Below are positions 51,002 to 60,548 of a stretch of 64,000 nucleotides of DNA, piece after piece. A program made the position numbers and the translations under genes. The stretch spans positions 13,862-77,861 of the forward strand of contig JAJZRL010000004.1 of NCBI GenBank assembly GCA_021802705.1, given 5' to 3'. Under the pieces are notes generated by a model. That model ran no database searches. It was given only the letters and a program-made list of their open reading frames with translations, and had not been told where the DNA came from. Origin of the DNA: a bacterium. Its GTDB lineage: Bacteria > Patescibacteriota > Minisyncoccia > Phycocordibacterales > Phycocordibacteraceae. Position 1 is the first letter of the stretch; the number at the start of each line of letters is the position of its first letter.

Positions 51002-52353
51002 CCCACTGACTCGAGGGAAATTTTTCTATCTTTCATCACGATCTTGCCGCGCATGTATTCGAGCAGGTCGCGCTTTTCCTGCACGGTTCCGTTCTGGAGT
51101 AGGTACTTCGCATAGCGTCGCACATCCATTTCTTTTGCCTTGAGCCGCTCTCCTGGATGCTGTGTGGCCGCTTGTAACTTGTTGTATCGCGAAACCTCCG
51201 CCTCAATGACTCTCCGCGCCCCGATCTCATCCAGCTCGACTTGGTCCATTATCGCCGCCAGCTGTTCGATAAGATGATCCTCGCGGATATAAGGGTTCTC
51301 GCAGGGATTGCCCTTGGATTTCGTACAGGTGTAGTAGATGTAGGAACGCTCTGAGCCGTCAGATTTGATGATCTTCTTTTTCTCTACACCCGTGATGCCG
51401 GAGCCGCATTCGCCACAGATCATGATCTTGGTGAAGGTGAATGAGTGCCGTGTATGTTTCGGTTTGTGGTCTTCGGCGAGCTTCTCTTGCACGAGCTGGT
51501 ATAACTCGCGTGTGATAAGCGGTGTGTGTTTGCCGGTATACCAGTTGCCGCTACCACGTGGGTATTCGTACACGCCGCAGTAGAAGGGATTCTTCAGTGT
51601 CGTGTATACCAGACTTACCGGTAGATGTTTATTGCTCCTCGTCCTGAAATCGATTTCTTTTAGCCATGCGTATATCTTGCGTCCGCTCCATCGTTCGTAT
51701 GCCGCCTTTTCGAACATCTGCTTCACGATAGGGGAGCGGACGGAGTCGACGAGCATTTCACACTTGTGATCGCGTCGTTTGTCATTTAGGTATCCGAGCG
51801 GAGCGACTCCAGGCAAGAGTCCCATCTCGGCTCGGGTCTTCAGGCCGCGCTTCACGTTGATGCGCTTGTTGTCGTTCTCAAGCTTTGCTTGGCTCCCCAG
51901 AATCATGAGAAGGAATTTCTCATTCGGGTTATTCGAGAACTTTTGATTGTATGTCCGTATCTCGCGCAGAAGTCCTGCGTCCATGAGGTCTATAACTTTC
52001 CCGAGATCGCCCGCGTTACGCGCGATGCGATCTGGCGCCCAAGTGAGCAGGCCATCGAACTTACCGATCCGTATCTCGTCGATGATTTGGTTGTACACCG
52101 GCCGTTGGCCAGTCTCTTTTGCAGAGTGCGATTCGCGTTTAATCTCGACCACGTTTATGCCGTCGCGCCTGGCGAGCTCGGTCATTTCCTTGATCTGACT
52201 GTCGATCGATAGCGCTTGAACCTCATCTTGCTCGGTTGATTTGCGGGCGTATAGACAGTACCGGATCGGGTGTATCACCTCGACGACCGGCATGCTTCCC
52301 ATTTCTCTCGCTAAAGTGGCTTCCATTTCCTTGTATTTACTGGCTAATGGCAC
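50998..52353 (-). CDS. large serine recombinase (paralog of 30579..31904)
   Basis: YARKSTEQD, CGECGSGITG; ~85% identical to the first copy by eye. Confidence 0.9.
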   Translation of the reverse strand: MPLASKYKEMEATLAREMGSMPVVEVIHPIRYCLYARKSTEQDEVQALSIDSQIKEMTELARRDGINVVEIKRESHSAKETGQRPVYNQIIDEIRIGKFDGLLTWAPDRIARNAGDLGKVIDLMDAGLLREIRTYNQKFSNNPNEKFLLMILGSQAKLENDNKRINVKRGLKTRAEMGLLPGVAPLGYLNDKRRDHKCEMLVDSVRSPIVKQMFEKAAYERWSGRKIYAWLKEIDFRTRSNKHLPVSLVYTTLKNPFYCGVYEYPRGSGNWYTGKHTPLITRELYQLVQEKLAEDHKPKHTRHSFTFTKIMICGECGSGITGVEKKKIIKSDGSERSYIYYTCTKSKGNPCENPYIREDHLIEQLAAIMDQVELDEIGARRVIEAEVSRYNKLQAATQHPGERLKAKEMDVRRYAKYLLQNGTVQEKRDLLEYMRGKIVMKDRKISLESVG

Positions 52354-52400
52354 GAGTACAAGGAATGACGCAACCGTCCCGGGTAGTCCAGACTAGCGTC
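52320..52400. other. att-like site: CCTTGTA-N-TACAAGG palindrome followed by AATGACGCAAC-N14-GTCCAGAC
   Basis: same architecture as 31905-31990. Confidence 0.5.
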
Positions 52401-52412
52401 CGATAGGCGTAG

Positions 52413-53531
52413 TTGGTAAAAGACTCTTTATTTCGATACAATAGTGTTGTGAAATATAAAATCTTTGTAGATACAAACCAGGTATTTTTCTCGAATAAAG
52501 CCCCCTTGAACGAGGTGTTCAGCAACAGCATTCCTGAACTCCGTTCTTTTTTGCAGGAACACAATCTAGATATACCTATTTGCTTGCCAGAAATTGTCAT
52601 TCGCGAACGTATCCAACAACGACTTGAAGACGTGGCTGGGACGGTGCAGTCCGTAAATGATGCTCTCAATAAGCTTTTGCCGTTGAAACACAAAACTGCT
52701 CAAATAAAATCCCGGAAGGACTATTTGAAGACATTATCTCAAAATGCGGACTCCTTTCTACAAGAACACTCTGTGACTAAGGTTCCCGTTCCTTCAATAA
52801 CGAAAAATGAGCTTATTGATCGCGCAATTCTCAAGCGGCGTCCTTTCAATGATAATAGTGCTGGATTTAAAGACACCCTCATCTATCTTTCGATAGTCGA
52901 GGATGCTCTAGGGGAGGAAAGTGCGGATCGTTACATCTTCTGTACTAATGATAGTAAAGAGTTTACTGAGGACGTCGTTCAAGAATTTAGGGAATGTACA
53001 GCAAAGGAATTGTACATTGTTAAAAATATGGAAGAGGTACGGGAAAAACTTGATACGCTTGTGCCGCTCAGTCTCCATCTTGAAGAAAGAAATCGAGAGA
53101 TAAGGAATCTTGTTTTCAAACATCTTGGCGATTTGATGCATCTGGCCAACAAATCGATAAAGCCGGCCTCTTCGCGATGGGGAGGGCCACTTGATTATTC
53201 TTCTCGAGTTTTCCGTACAGTCCATGTGGATTCAGTTCTGTCGGGAGAAAATAATTCTGAAGATAAAATTGAAGGTCTCAATTACCAGAATCTCTCCCTG
53301 TTGAGCATCACTGAAATGGCCGGTGGTAGATTCAAGGTCAATGGAACTCTTGAGGTAGAAATTCAATATCAGGATAAGGATCGGGATGCTAATCCATATG
53401 ATGTTGTGTGGAGGACGAATTGGGGGATGGGTTCTTATAGACCTCAACATAAAACGTTCGACGTGTTGTTTGTGTGCAGTCTCACTGACAATACGGTTGA
53501 CATCGAGTATGTAAATTCGATGTTCGCCTGA
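52413..53531 (+). CDS. PIN-like domain protein (DUF4935-like), low-GC
   Basis: N-terminal KIFVDTNQVFFSN and downstream acidic residues in PIN-like spacing; AT-rich codon usage unlike surroundings. Confidence 0.45.
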   Translation: MVKDSLFRYNSVVKYKIFVDTNQVFFSNKAPLNEVFSNSIPELRSFLQEHNLDIPICLPEIVIRERIQQRLEDVAGTVQSVNDALNKLLPLKHKTAQIKSRKDYLKTLSQNADSFLQEHSVTKVPVPSITKNELIDRAILKRRPFNDNSAGFKDTLIYLSIVEDALGEESADRYIFCTNDSKEFTEDVVQEFRECTAKELYIVKNMEEVREKLDTLVPLSLHLEERNREIRNLVFKHLGDLMHLANKSIKPASSRWGGPLDYSSRVFRTVHVDSVLSGENNSEDKIEGLNYQNLSLLSITEMAGGRFKVNGTLEVEIQYQDKDRDANPYDVVWRTNWGMGSYRPQHKTFDVLFVCSLTDNTVDIEYVNSMFA

Positions 53532-53561
53532 TTGCGCAAACAAGCGGGTTACTATTAGGTC

Positions 53562-54284
53562 ATGTGGACGAAAGAAGAGTGTCGGACTTTTTTCTCTCGA
53601 ATACTCGGTCTTGATTTGACTGATGCCGAGCTCGAGAGCACCCATACATTTTTGAGCGCTAATACGGCGACCGCTATGCCTCGTCACGGGAGTCCGAATG
53701 CTGGACTTAGCCCAAATATACTTCAGCTTTTTATCGGAGTTGCTGTACAGCGCACAGGACTACAGCTCGATCATGCGCGCTTCAAAAAGGTACGAGAGGA
53801 AATTCTCCCAGCCGCACATTTTGCCATTCTACTCCGCAAGCTCGGGTACGGAGATTTTCTCCTCGTATCGAGCGACATGCCGAATCCTGATATCTCTCTA
53901 GTAAGACTTGATCCTGCCACGGTTGGTCCATCTTCAACTGGGCTTAATGCGTTACCACTCGAGATGATGTATGCGCATCCACATGCGCTTGCGAATGCTC
54001 ACGGAGCCTCGAATGCTGAGAAAATAGCGAATGCAATTTTTGATATAAAATTCTCCATGAGGTACCTTCCGCAGACTATCCTCATTGTGACGCTGCATTC
54101 TAGTATTTCCGATGCGGACGTAGAAACGATTGCGAGAATGCTTCCTTCTGGTGCGGAGAATCCATTTCATCAAGTTTGGCTGTGCTTTGCTCGCGATAAT
54201 CATGTTTCCACTCTTGCGATGATTGCTCCCCAGCATGAGAATCATGACTTAACCGTCGAAGACTTGCGTCAGTACAGTTACTAA
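53562..54284 (+). CDS. hypothetical protein, low-GC cargo
   Basis: ORF only; composition matches 52413..53531. Confidence 0.4.
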   Translation: MWTKEECRTFFSRILGLDLTDAELESTHTFLSANTATAMPRHGSPNAGLSPNILQLFIGVAVQRTGLQLDHARFKKVREEILPAAHFAILLRKLGYGDFLLVSSDMPNPDISLVRLDPATVGPSSTGLNALPLEMMYAHPHALANAHGASNAEKIANAIFDIKFSMRYLPQTILIVTLHSSISDADVETIARMLPSGAENPFHQVWLCFARDNHVSTLAMIAPQHENHDLTVEDLRQYSY

Positions 54285-54296
54285 AGGTGAACAGGC

Positions 54297-54560
54297 AAGC
54301 CCCTTCGCAAAGCCCTAATACTAAGTTAGGGTCGTGGGCAGGCTCAATTTGAGTTATTATGTTCTTGTAAACCGAATAAAGAGGCCTAAACCGGCTTGAG
54401 AATCCTTGATTCTCCCGGCATGGCCGCAAATCGCGACCAGCGTACTGAACCCGTCATCGGGAGCGCTGGTCGCGTTACAGGGGGAAACTCTTGTAGGGCC
54501 TTCGGGCCCACCCGGTGGCGGGTTCAGTGCGTCTCTCCATCGGGCATTACAAATCGCGAC
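54297..54560 (+). ncRNA. candidate structured RNA (5' leader motif, copy B)
   Basis: see copy A. Confidence 0.55.
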
Positions 54561-54570
54561 CAGCAAATAT

Positions 54571-55042
54571 GGATGTTCAATCTGCACCAAAGAAGTTTTA
54601 CAAGAAGTGGTGGTTCTGGCTCATTATAGTGCTCGTTCTTGGCGGCCTCGCGTCGACGCCTGATTCCCCGAGCACGACTGCAACAACGGCGACCGCCTCT
54701 GACACGCAAAGCGCTCCGACCCCGAAAGAAGCGCGAACGCTCGGACAAGACGCGTACCTGCGTCTTCCGAATAACAGCGATCCGAAACAGATCCTCTGCC
54801 TCGCGCCGACCAAGAATGTGTACGACGAGTACACCAAGGCGCTCATGGCTCAGGACTACCAAGGCATTCTTGATCTTTCCGCCCAAGGGCTCTTCTGCGT
54901 TCATAACGGCTCCGAAGTGAAAGTCATTGATACGAGCGTCCTGCTCACGAGAGTACGCGTGGTCAAAGGCGCATCGGATGCCGACAGCGACAATGTGGGG
55001 CAGGCCGGATGGTCCGCGAGCGAGTGGATAGTTGATCGGTAA
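54571..55042 (+). CDS. membrane-anchored protein (paralog of 39046..39612 N-terminus)
   Basis: internal ATG MDVQSAPKKFYKKWWFWLIIVLVL of track ORF 54515..55042. Confidence 0.55.
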
Positions 55043-55495
55043 TCACGGTGCCGCTTCGTTCCATGGGTCTGTCAGTGAGCCTAGTCTCCTGTCTCGCTTG
55101 ATGTGATTTTCTCGTGTCGTCTCTTCGTTTGCGTGTTGGTATTCACGTGGATCGACCACTCGAATCTGCACGGTCTGGACAGGCGGTGCTTCCTTGATAT
55201 ACGGAGCGGGCTTGCGCGGTCGGTAGTAGCGCTTTGAGTTCGCTTCGAGAATCAGTTTGATCGCACCGAAGTGTTCCTTGTCGGCCATCTTCACGAGTTT
55301 GCTCTCGGCATGGTCGACCAGCGTGTCCCGCCCGCGTTTCAGCGAACGATCGTACTTCTTTTTGAAGTCAGGGTCGTCCTCGAGCCAGCGATAGATGGTC
55401 GCTTTGCTGATACCGGCACGCTTGCACACCACCGATACGATCGGCAGGTTCTCGAGTTCATCGAGAAATTTCTGTTTATCATCAGGCGGCACCAT
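55043..55495 (-). CDS. HTH DNA-binding protein, putative terminase small subunit
   Basis: VCKRAGISKATIYRWLEDDPDF; paralog of 41165..41614. Confidence 0.5.
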   Translation of the reverse strand: MVPPDDKQKFLDELENLPIVSVVCKRAGISKATIYRWLEDDPDFKKKYDRSLKRGRDTLVDHAESKLVKMADKEHFGAIKLILEANSKRYYRPRKPAPYIKEAPPVQTVQIRVVDPREYQHANEETTRENHIKRDRRLGSLTDPWNEAAP

Positions 55496-56882
55496 GGATC
55501 TTAACGGCCTTCTTCCCAGTCTCCATTTCCCAACGCCGTTTTATGACTTCAGCGTACACGGGACTCTTCTCCATGAGATAGCAACGGCGATGCATCTTGA
55601 TGGATGCGATGAGAGTCGATCCGCTCCCGCCGAATGGCTCAACGATAAGGTCGTCACGCTTCGTGAGCACCTTCACATACGGGATGAGGATCTCGAGCGG
55701 CTTGGTGCCGAAAATGATGCCTTGTCCTGAGGACTGAAGGTCGGCCGCTTTGTACTCGATGAAGTCGGTCGGCTGGATCTTCTTTCCTTTTTCATATCCC
55801 TCCCAGTGTGGCTTACCCGAGATAGCGTAGAGCGCCGTTTCGTACTCGTTATCGAGGAGTTCGCCTTCGCTATCAAGGTTGAGATGCTCGGCATCATCCT
55901 GCGACGAGCCGACCACCGCGATGTCGTGCTTGCTGAACAGCTTGTACTTCCCGGCGTATCCCTGATTGCGGTTTGGCAGATGCCACACAATCATGTTCTT
56001 CACCTTCCAGTATTTCTCCATCTCGCCCCAGATGGTGCGGATGTTCTTCCAGTTCTCATACACGACGATGTGGAAGTCCGGTTTCGCAATTTTCGACACA
56101 TTGCCCATCCAGAGTTCAGTGAAGTTATCGGGCAGTGAATCGGTCTCGAGATAACGGCGGTCACGCTTCGCACCGAAGCCGGTCACGGCCTCGCCATTCT
56201 TTTTCTTCTTGCCGTGAAGATAGTCGAGGATGTATGGAGGATCGGTGAAGCACATATCAGCACGAGCATCGCCCATAAGGGTGAGCATGTCGGCCTCGAC
56301 GGTCGAGTCGCCACACATCATCCTCGACCCGTCGATTTCATAGATATCGCCCTTTTGCACTTTGATCTCGGTGATATCAAGCTTCTCGAGTTCCTTCTCG
56401 AGGTCGAATTTCTCAGGATTATCCTCGGCAGGGAATATGTCATCGAGGTCTTCGCTTGAGAAGCCGACCTCGGTGAGGAGGGAAGCATCGAATTCCTTGA
56501 GGAGCTCGAAGTCCCATTCACCGACCGCCTTGTTCAAGCGAAGACAGAGGTCGCGTTCTTTCTCGATATCGGGAATCGCGAGATACACAACGGGTACTTC
56601 TTCGTGGCCCATGTCCTTCAGCACTTCATACCGAAGGTTGCCGCCGATGATAATGCCTTCGCGCCCGGGCGCATTGTTCACGAGGATTGGATCGGCTACG
56701 CCATGGCGTTCGATGCTCTCGCGCACAGGAAGTTTCGTTTCGTCGTTAAGAACTCGTGGGTTGTACTCCGCGTGGCGGAGGGAAGTAATGGGCACATATA
56801 CGATATTGAGTTTGTTTTCCATAGATGTTGTTTTTAATTGGTAACGAAAACGCCCGAACAAGCGCTCGTGTCGATGACACAA
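55482..56882 (-). CDS. ParB-like nuclease domain fused to DNA methyltransferase
   Basis: N-terminal ParB box, C-terminal IVEPFGGSGSTL. Confidence 0.8.
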   Translation of the reverse strand: MCHRHERLFGRFRYQLKTTSMENKLNIVYVPITSLRHAEYNPRVLNDETKLPVRESIERHGVADPILVNNAPGREGIIIGGNLRYEVLKDMGHEEVPVVYLAIPDIEKERDLCLRLNKAVGEWDFELLKEFDASLLTEVGFSSEDLDDIFPAEDNPEKFDLEKELEKLDITEIKVQKGDIYEIDGSRMMCGDSTVEADMLTLMGDARADMCFTDPPYILDYLHGKKKKNGEAVTGFGAKRDRRYLETDSLPDNFTELWMGNVSKIAKPDFHIVVYENWKNIRTIWGEMEKYWKVKNMIVWHLPNRNQGYAGKYKLFSKHDIAVVGSSQDDAEHLNLDSEGELLDNEYETALYAISGKPHWEGYEKGKKIQPTDFIEYKAADLQSSGQGIIFGTKPLEILIPYVKVLTKRDDLIVEPFGGSGSTLIASIKMHRRCYLMEKSPVYAEVIKRRWEMETGKKAVKIHGAA

Positions 56883-56920
56883 ACGTTTGTTCGGGCGTTC
56901 CGAACTTGCTCGATTGCTCG

Positions 56921-57172
56921 CTAGGCGAGAGAGACGCTAAGCGCGTCGTTCACACCTGTCGATTCCTTGATGTTGAGAAAGATCGCTCCGAAACCGCACT
57001 CTTCGCACACGACTTTTGCTTGATCGCCGTATTCGATTCGCGTCTTCACTGGCCGACCCCGATAGAACTTGATTAGCTCGAGCTCTTGTCGTCCCGACCG
57101 CCTAGCGATAGGTGTATCGCAGAAGCAGTACACCAAATCGCCCACGTCAGCGAATTGATCGGCGCGTTTCAT
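56921..57172 (-). CDS. hypothetical protein
   Basis: ORF only. Confidence 0.3.
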   Translation of the reverse strand: MKRADQFADVGDLVYCFCDTPIARRSGRQELELIKFYRGRPVKTRIEYGDQAKVVCEECGFGAIFLNIKESTGVNDALSVSLA

Positions 57173-57372
57173 TTCTGGTTGCGAAGCGCCTTGAGCACTC
57201 CGTCGAGGGAAGGGGTATCGAACTTCTCCTTGAGGGTGCCGAGCTTCGTATTGCCGTTCACATGATTGAACTCGGGGTAGTCCTTGCGAAGGTTTTTCGC
57301 GAGAGCGTCCGAGCGTTCCTCACGGTAGCGGCCGTCTTGATTGCGACTGCGGGTTCCTTTTGGTACTGGCAT
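57169..57372 (-). CDS. small conserved hypothetical protein (paralog of 44135..44329)
   Basis: shared motif KDYPEF-N-NGN-LGTLK. Confidence 0.5.
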   Translation of the reverse strand: MPVPKGTRSRNQDGRYREERSDALAKNLRKDYPEFNHVNGNTKLGTLKEKFDTPSLDGVLKALRNQK

Positions 57373-57415
57373 AGCGGGGTAGGGGTTAGGGTCGGATAAT
57401 GTCGACCTACTATCA

Positions 57416-58162
57416 GTGTATTCTCGCTATGCACAGTGTCAAGTATTAGGGACTTGCAGACCTTACCGATTCCATGGTATACATCATGTAATGCACCCAA
57501 TTCAAGAACAACTTCTAGCGCTTTCACGTAGGAAAAACCTAGCTGAAATGAGCCTTCGTGAGATGGCCCAGGAAATCGGCGCGACTGATGCATCTCCTCA
57601 GAAAATTAAGCACCATTTGATGCAATTGCAGAAGAAGGGATTCATCATTATTGATCGCCCTCGCGGCGTCATGAAGGCCGGGGCAGAAAAGCCCGCATGG
57701 GCGAAGGGGTTCATGGAAAAGGCAAAGACACTGCTCCGTATTCCAGTCATCGGCACTGCGAACTGCGGTCCCGCCACCATTTATGCAGAAGAGAACTATC
57801 AGGGCTTTCTCCGTGTATCAAGCAGGCTCGCCGGAGTGCGATCTCCCGAAGGGATTTATGCAATCAAGGCTGATGGATCGTCCATGAATCGTGCCGATGT
57901 CGATGGTCGCAAAATTGAGGACGGTGACTATGTCATCGTAGATTCTAAAATTGCCGAGCCGAAGAACAATGACATCGTCGTTGCAATCATTGACGGGAAG
58001 GCGACGATCAAGCGTTTCATCCGCGATGACGCGAACGAACAGATCGTTCTCAAGGCCGATTCTTCAAATGACTATGAGCCGATCTATCTCCACGCTAATG
58101 ATGATTTCACGATAAGCGGAAGAGTGATCAGTGTCGTGAAGAAACCAACGCGCGTAAATTAA
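57416..58162 (+). CDS. LexA/CI-like repressor with HTH and S24 peptidase domain
   Basis: N-terminal wHTH (LREMAQEIGATDASPQKIKHHLMQLQKKG), C-terminal S24 domain (IKADGSSM ... K in DGKATIKRF); true start may be an internal Met. Confidence 0.7.
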   Translation: MYSRYAQCQVLGTCRPYRFHGIHHVMHPIQEQLLALSRRKNLAEMSLREMAQEIGATDASPQKIKHHLMQLQKKGFIIIDRPRGVMKAGAEKPAWAKGFMEKAKTLLRIPVIGTANCGPATIYAEENYQGFLRVSSRLAGVRSPEGIYAIKADGSSMNRADVDGRKIEDGDYVIVDSKIAEPKNNDIVVAIIDGKATIKRFIRDDANEQIVLKADSSNDYEPIYLHANDDFTISGRVISVVKKPTRVN

Positions 58163-58163
58163 T

Positions 58164-59060
58164 ATGTCCTGGGAAGATACATTTCGCACATGGGGAGCTG
58201 CTCCGAGCGCAACGGAACAACAAAAGATGGAAAACGCTGAGACGGCAATTCGCAAGGCTATTAAATCGAATGATCGGCTAGCTGCTATGGATATCACGAT
58301 TGTCTCTCAAGGTTCTTATCGCTCGAAAACAAATGTGCGTCTCGATAGTGATGTTGATATTGCGGTTCGTCTCAACTCGACGTTCTTCGCCCGGTATCCT
58401 GAAGGCAAAAACCGTGAAGATTATGGAAATGTGGAAGGGAGTATTTCCTTCAGAGAGTTCAGGAATCTTGTTCACATCGCTCTCGGGGACTACTTTAATT
58501 TTGCGAATGTCACGCCAGGGAATAAGGCTTTCGATATCCATTCAAATTCTTATCGCGTGGACGCAGATGTAGTTCCCGCGTTTGCGTATCGTTCCTATTA
58601 CGGCAATGGTTTCGATGACTACAGTGAACCGACCGGTACCGCTTTTCTCTATGGCGGCGAAGGTCACCGTATCGTGAATTGGCCGGTGCAAACTTATGAG
58701 AACGGAAAAGATAAACATGATCGCACTGGCCAGCGACATCGCAAGATAGTGCGTATATTGAAGCGTTTGCGAAATAAGATGCAGGACGAGAAAATAGCCG
58801 CCGCGAATGACATCGCCTCTTTTCTGATCGAGAGCATGGTGTGGAATGCTCCCGACGGGCATTTTGGGAACATAGACTACAAAGACGATGTCCGCGCCGT
58901 TCTCGCGTACTGCTTCAATGAGACGCTTCTTGCGGGGAGCCATCCAAAGCTTCGAGAGGTTAATGATCGGAAACTCCTCTTCGGTTCTCATCAGTCATGG
59001 ACACGAGAGCGAGCGCACGATTTCTTCTCAGCAGCTTGGGATTACATCGGATTCAAATAG
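58164..59060 (+). CDS. SMODS/CD-NTase-like nucleotidyltransferase
   Basis: pol-beta NTase signature GSYRSKTNVRLDSDVDIAV plus downstream RVDADVV third acidic residue; ~300 aa with helical C-domain. Confidence 0.65.
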   Translation: MSWEDTFRTWGAAPSATEQQKMENAETAIRKAIKSNDRLAAMDITIVSQGSYRSKTNVRLDSDVDIAVRLNSTFFARYPEGKNREDYGNVEGSISFREFRNLVHIALGDYFNFANVTPGNKAFDIHSNSYRVDADVVPAFAYRSYYGNGFDDYSEPTGTAFLYGGEGHRIVNWPVQTYENGKDKHDRTGQRHRKIVRILKRLRNKMQDEKIAAANDIASFLIESMVWNAPDGHFGNIDYKDDVRAVLAYCFNETLLAGSHPKLREVNDRKLLFGSHQSWTRERAHDFFSAAWDYIGFK

Positions 59061-59062
59061 CC

Positions 59063-59683
59063 ATGGAAAAAGTTAATCATACCGTCGCGCTCTATGCCCA
59101 GTTCATTACGTTCTTGGTTATTTGGTTCGCGTCGATGATTGTCTCTGGGCTAGTCGCGCCGATGGATTTTATTAGCGCGCTCAAGCTCATCCCGACCGCC
59201 ATATCTGTCTATGCTTTCGTTGCTTTGATTTTCACGAAGTGGGTTTGGCGCTGGCCGATTTTTCAGGGGTGGTTGATTAAGGTTCCGGACTTGCGCGGAA
59301 CGTGGCGTGGCGAATTGAAGAGCGATTGGATCGATCCGAAAACAGGTCAATCGATCGATCCAATCCCCGTCGTTCTGTTAATTCGTCAGAGCTTTTCGAA
59401 CATAAATATCACTCTCATGACGAAAGAGTCGACCAGCTACAGTACCACCGCCAGCATAAATGCCGCAGTTAATGGTGAGGATCTCTATCTGACCTATAAC
59501 TACACGAATCGCCCGAAGGCGTCCCTTTGGGACAGGAGTGCTATTCATGACGGTGCAGCTATCCTGAAAATTATCAAGCGGCCGAATCGCCGCCTAGAGG
59601 GTGAGTACTGGACCGGTCGCAAGACGCGAGGTGATCTTTCACTTCAGTTCGATTCTAAAGTTTTGGCAGAGAGCTTTTCATAG
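59063..59683 (+). CDS. 2-TM membrane protein with beta-rich C-terminal domain (Cap15/SLATT-like putative effector)
   Basis: TM helices ALYAQFITFLVIWFASMIVSGL / LIPTAISVYAFVALIF; 3 nt after NTase stop. Confidence 0.55.
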   Translation: MEKVNHTVALYAQFITFLVIWFASMIVSGLVAPMDFISALKLIPTAISVYAFVALIFTKWVWRWPIFQGWLIKVPDLRGTWRGELKSDWIDPKTGQSIDPIPVVLLIRQSFSNINITLMTKESTSYSTTASINAAVNGEDLYLTYNYTNRPKASLWDRSAIHDGAAILKIIKRPNRRLEGEYWTGRKTRGDLSLQFDSKVLAESFS

Positions 59684-59828
59684 GGGGTGTGTCTCATTTG
59701 TCTCATTTTGGTTCAAGACCGATACGCTCCTAAAACGCATTGAAAGTACCGAAGCACGCCCGATCTGCCTCAAAGCCGGATGAGACCGTTAGGCCTAATT
59801 CTAGGAGATAGAAGGGGGCGGGGAAGGT

Positions 59829-59980
59829 CCTTAGATACCTTATATGGTGGGGTGCACGACCGACTCGGGCAACACGGTTGTGACGCCAGGAACCGGTACC
59901 GGTTCCCGTCAAAGTCGGTACTGTACCGGCGCCCCTGTTCAGCCGAAAACCCGCGCAAATTCAATGCGCGGGTTTTCGGC
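59829..59980 (+). repeat. partial junction element, copy C4, ending in terminator GCCGAAAACCCGCGC-AAATTCAAT-GCGCGGGTTTTCGGC
   Basis: CCTTAGATACCTTATATGGTGGGGTGCACGACCGACTCGGGCAACA matches the 5' part of copy C2; GGTTCAAGACCGATACG at 59720 matches the 3' core of the other copies. Confidence 0.45.
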
Positions 59981-59989
59981 CATGTAGCA

Positions 59990-60490
59990 TTTCCAACGTA
60001 TTTCCAGTTCAATTCCCTTTCTGGATCTTTTCTGCCAACTGGTTGCAAGTCGTGTCGCCTGCTCGGCGTGTGCGGAGGTGGTTGTCGGATGGAAGCAAAG
60101 GTCTGCTGTGGGGATCCCTCCGCTCCAGATCCGTATTGTGTGCCGGAGGATGCTGACTTTGCACTAAAGTCTCTTCAGGCTCATCTCGATCGTCGCCAAG
60201 GAAGCACTCCTTTGATTCAAGGTGATGGGCGGTTTGTTATCTTGCCACACCGGAGCAGAGAGGAGCCATTTGGGATGACGGCCCGCGTGAGTGGACAACC
60301 ATACACTTACCTCGACCAAACGGGTATGAAAGTATTCCGGCAGATGCAGGTTGGTGTTGTGTACCAAGTCGGAGACGCGCGTATTCAATGGGGCACAATG
60401 AACCCTTTGAATTTCGTGCGTGGTTTGATTGCTCGCGGTACAGCGGAGATGGTTGACGGAGATAACCAAAAAGTGGTACTCTCTGGCTGA
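59990..60490 (+). pseudogene. 3' fragment of a radical SAM SPASM-domain protein (truncated by element junction)
   Basis: SPASM signature CKSCRLLGVCGGGC with no radical SAM core upstream; the N-terminal part of track ORF 59780..60490 is junction repeat sequence. Confidence 0.4.
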
Positions 60491-60548
60491 GCCGTCTAGA
60501 AGTTAGGCGCACTCAGACACGCGTGTAGTTCAACGAAAGGAGCTCCTT

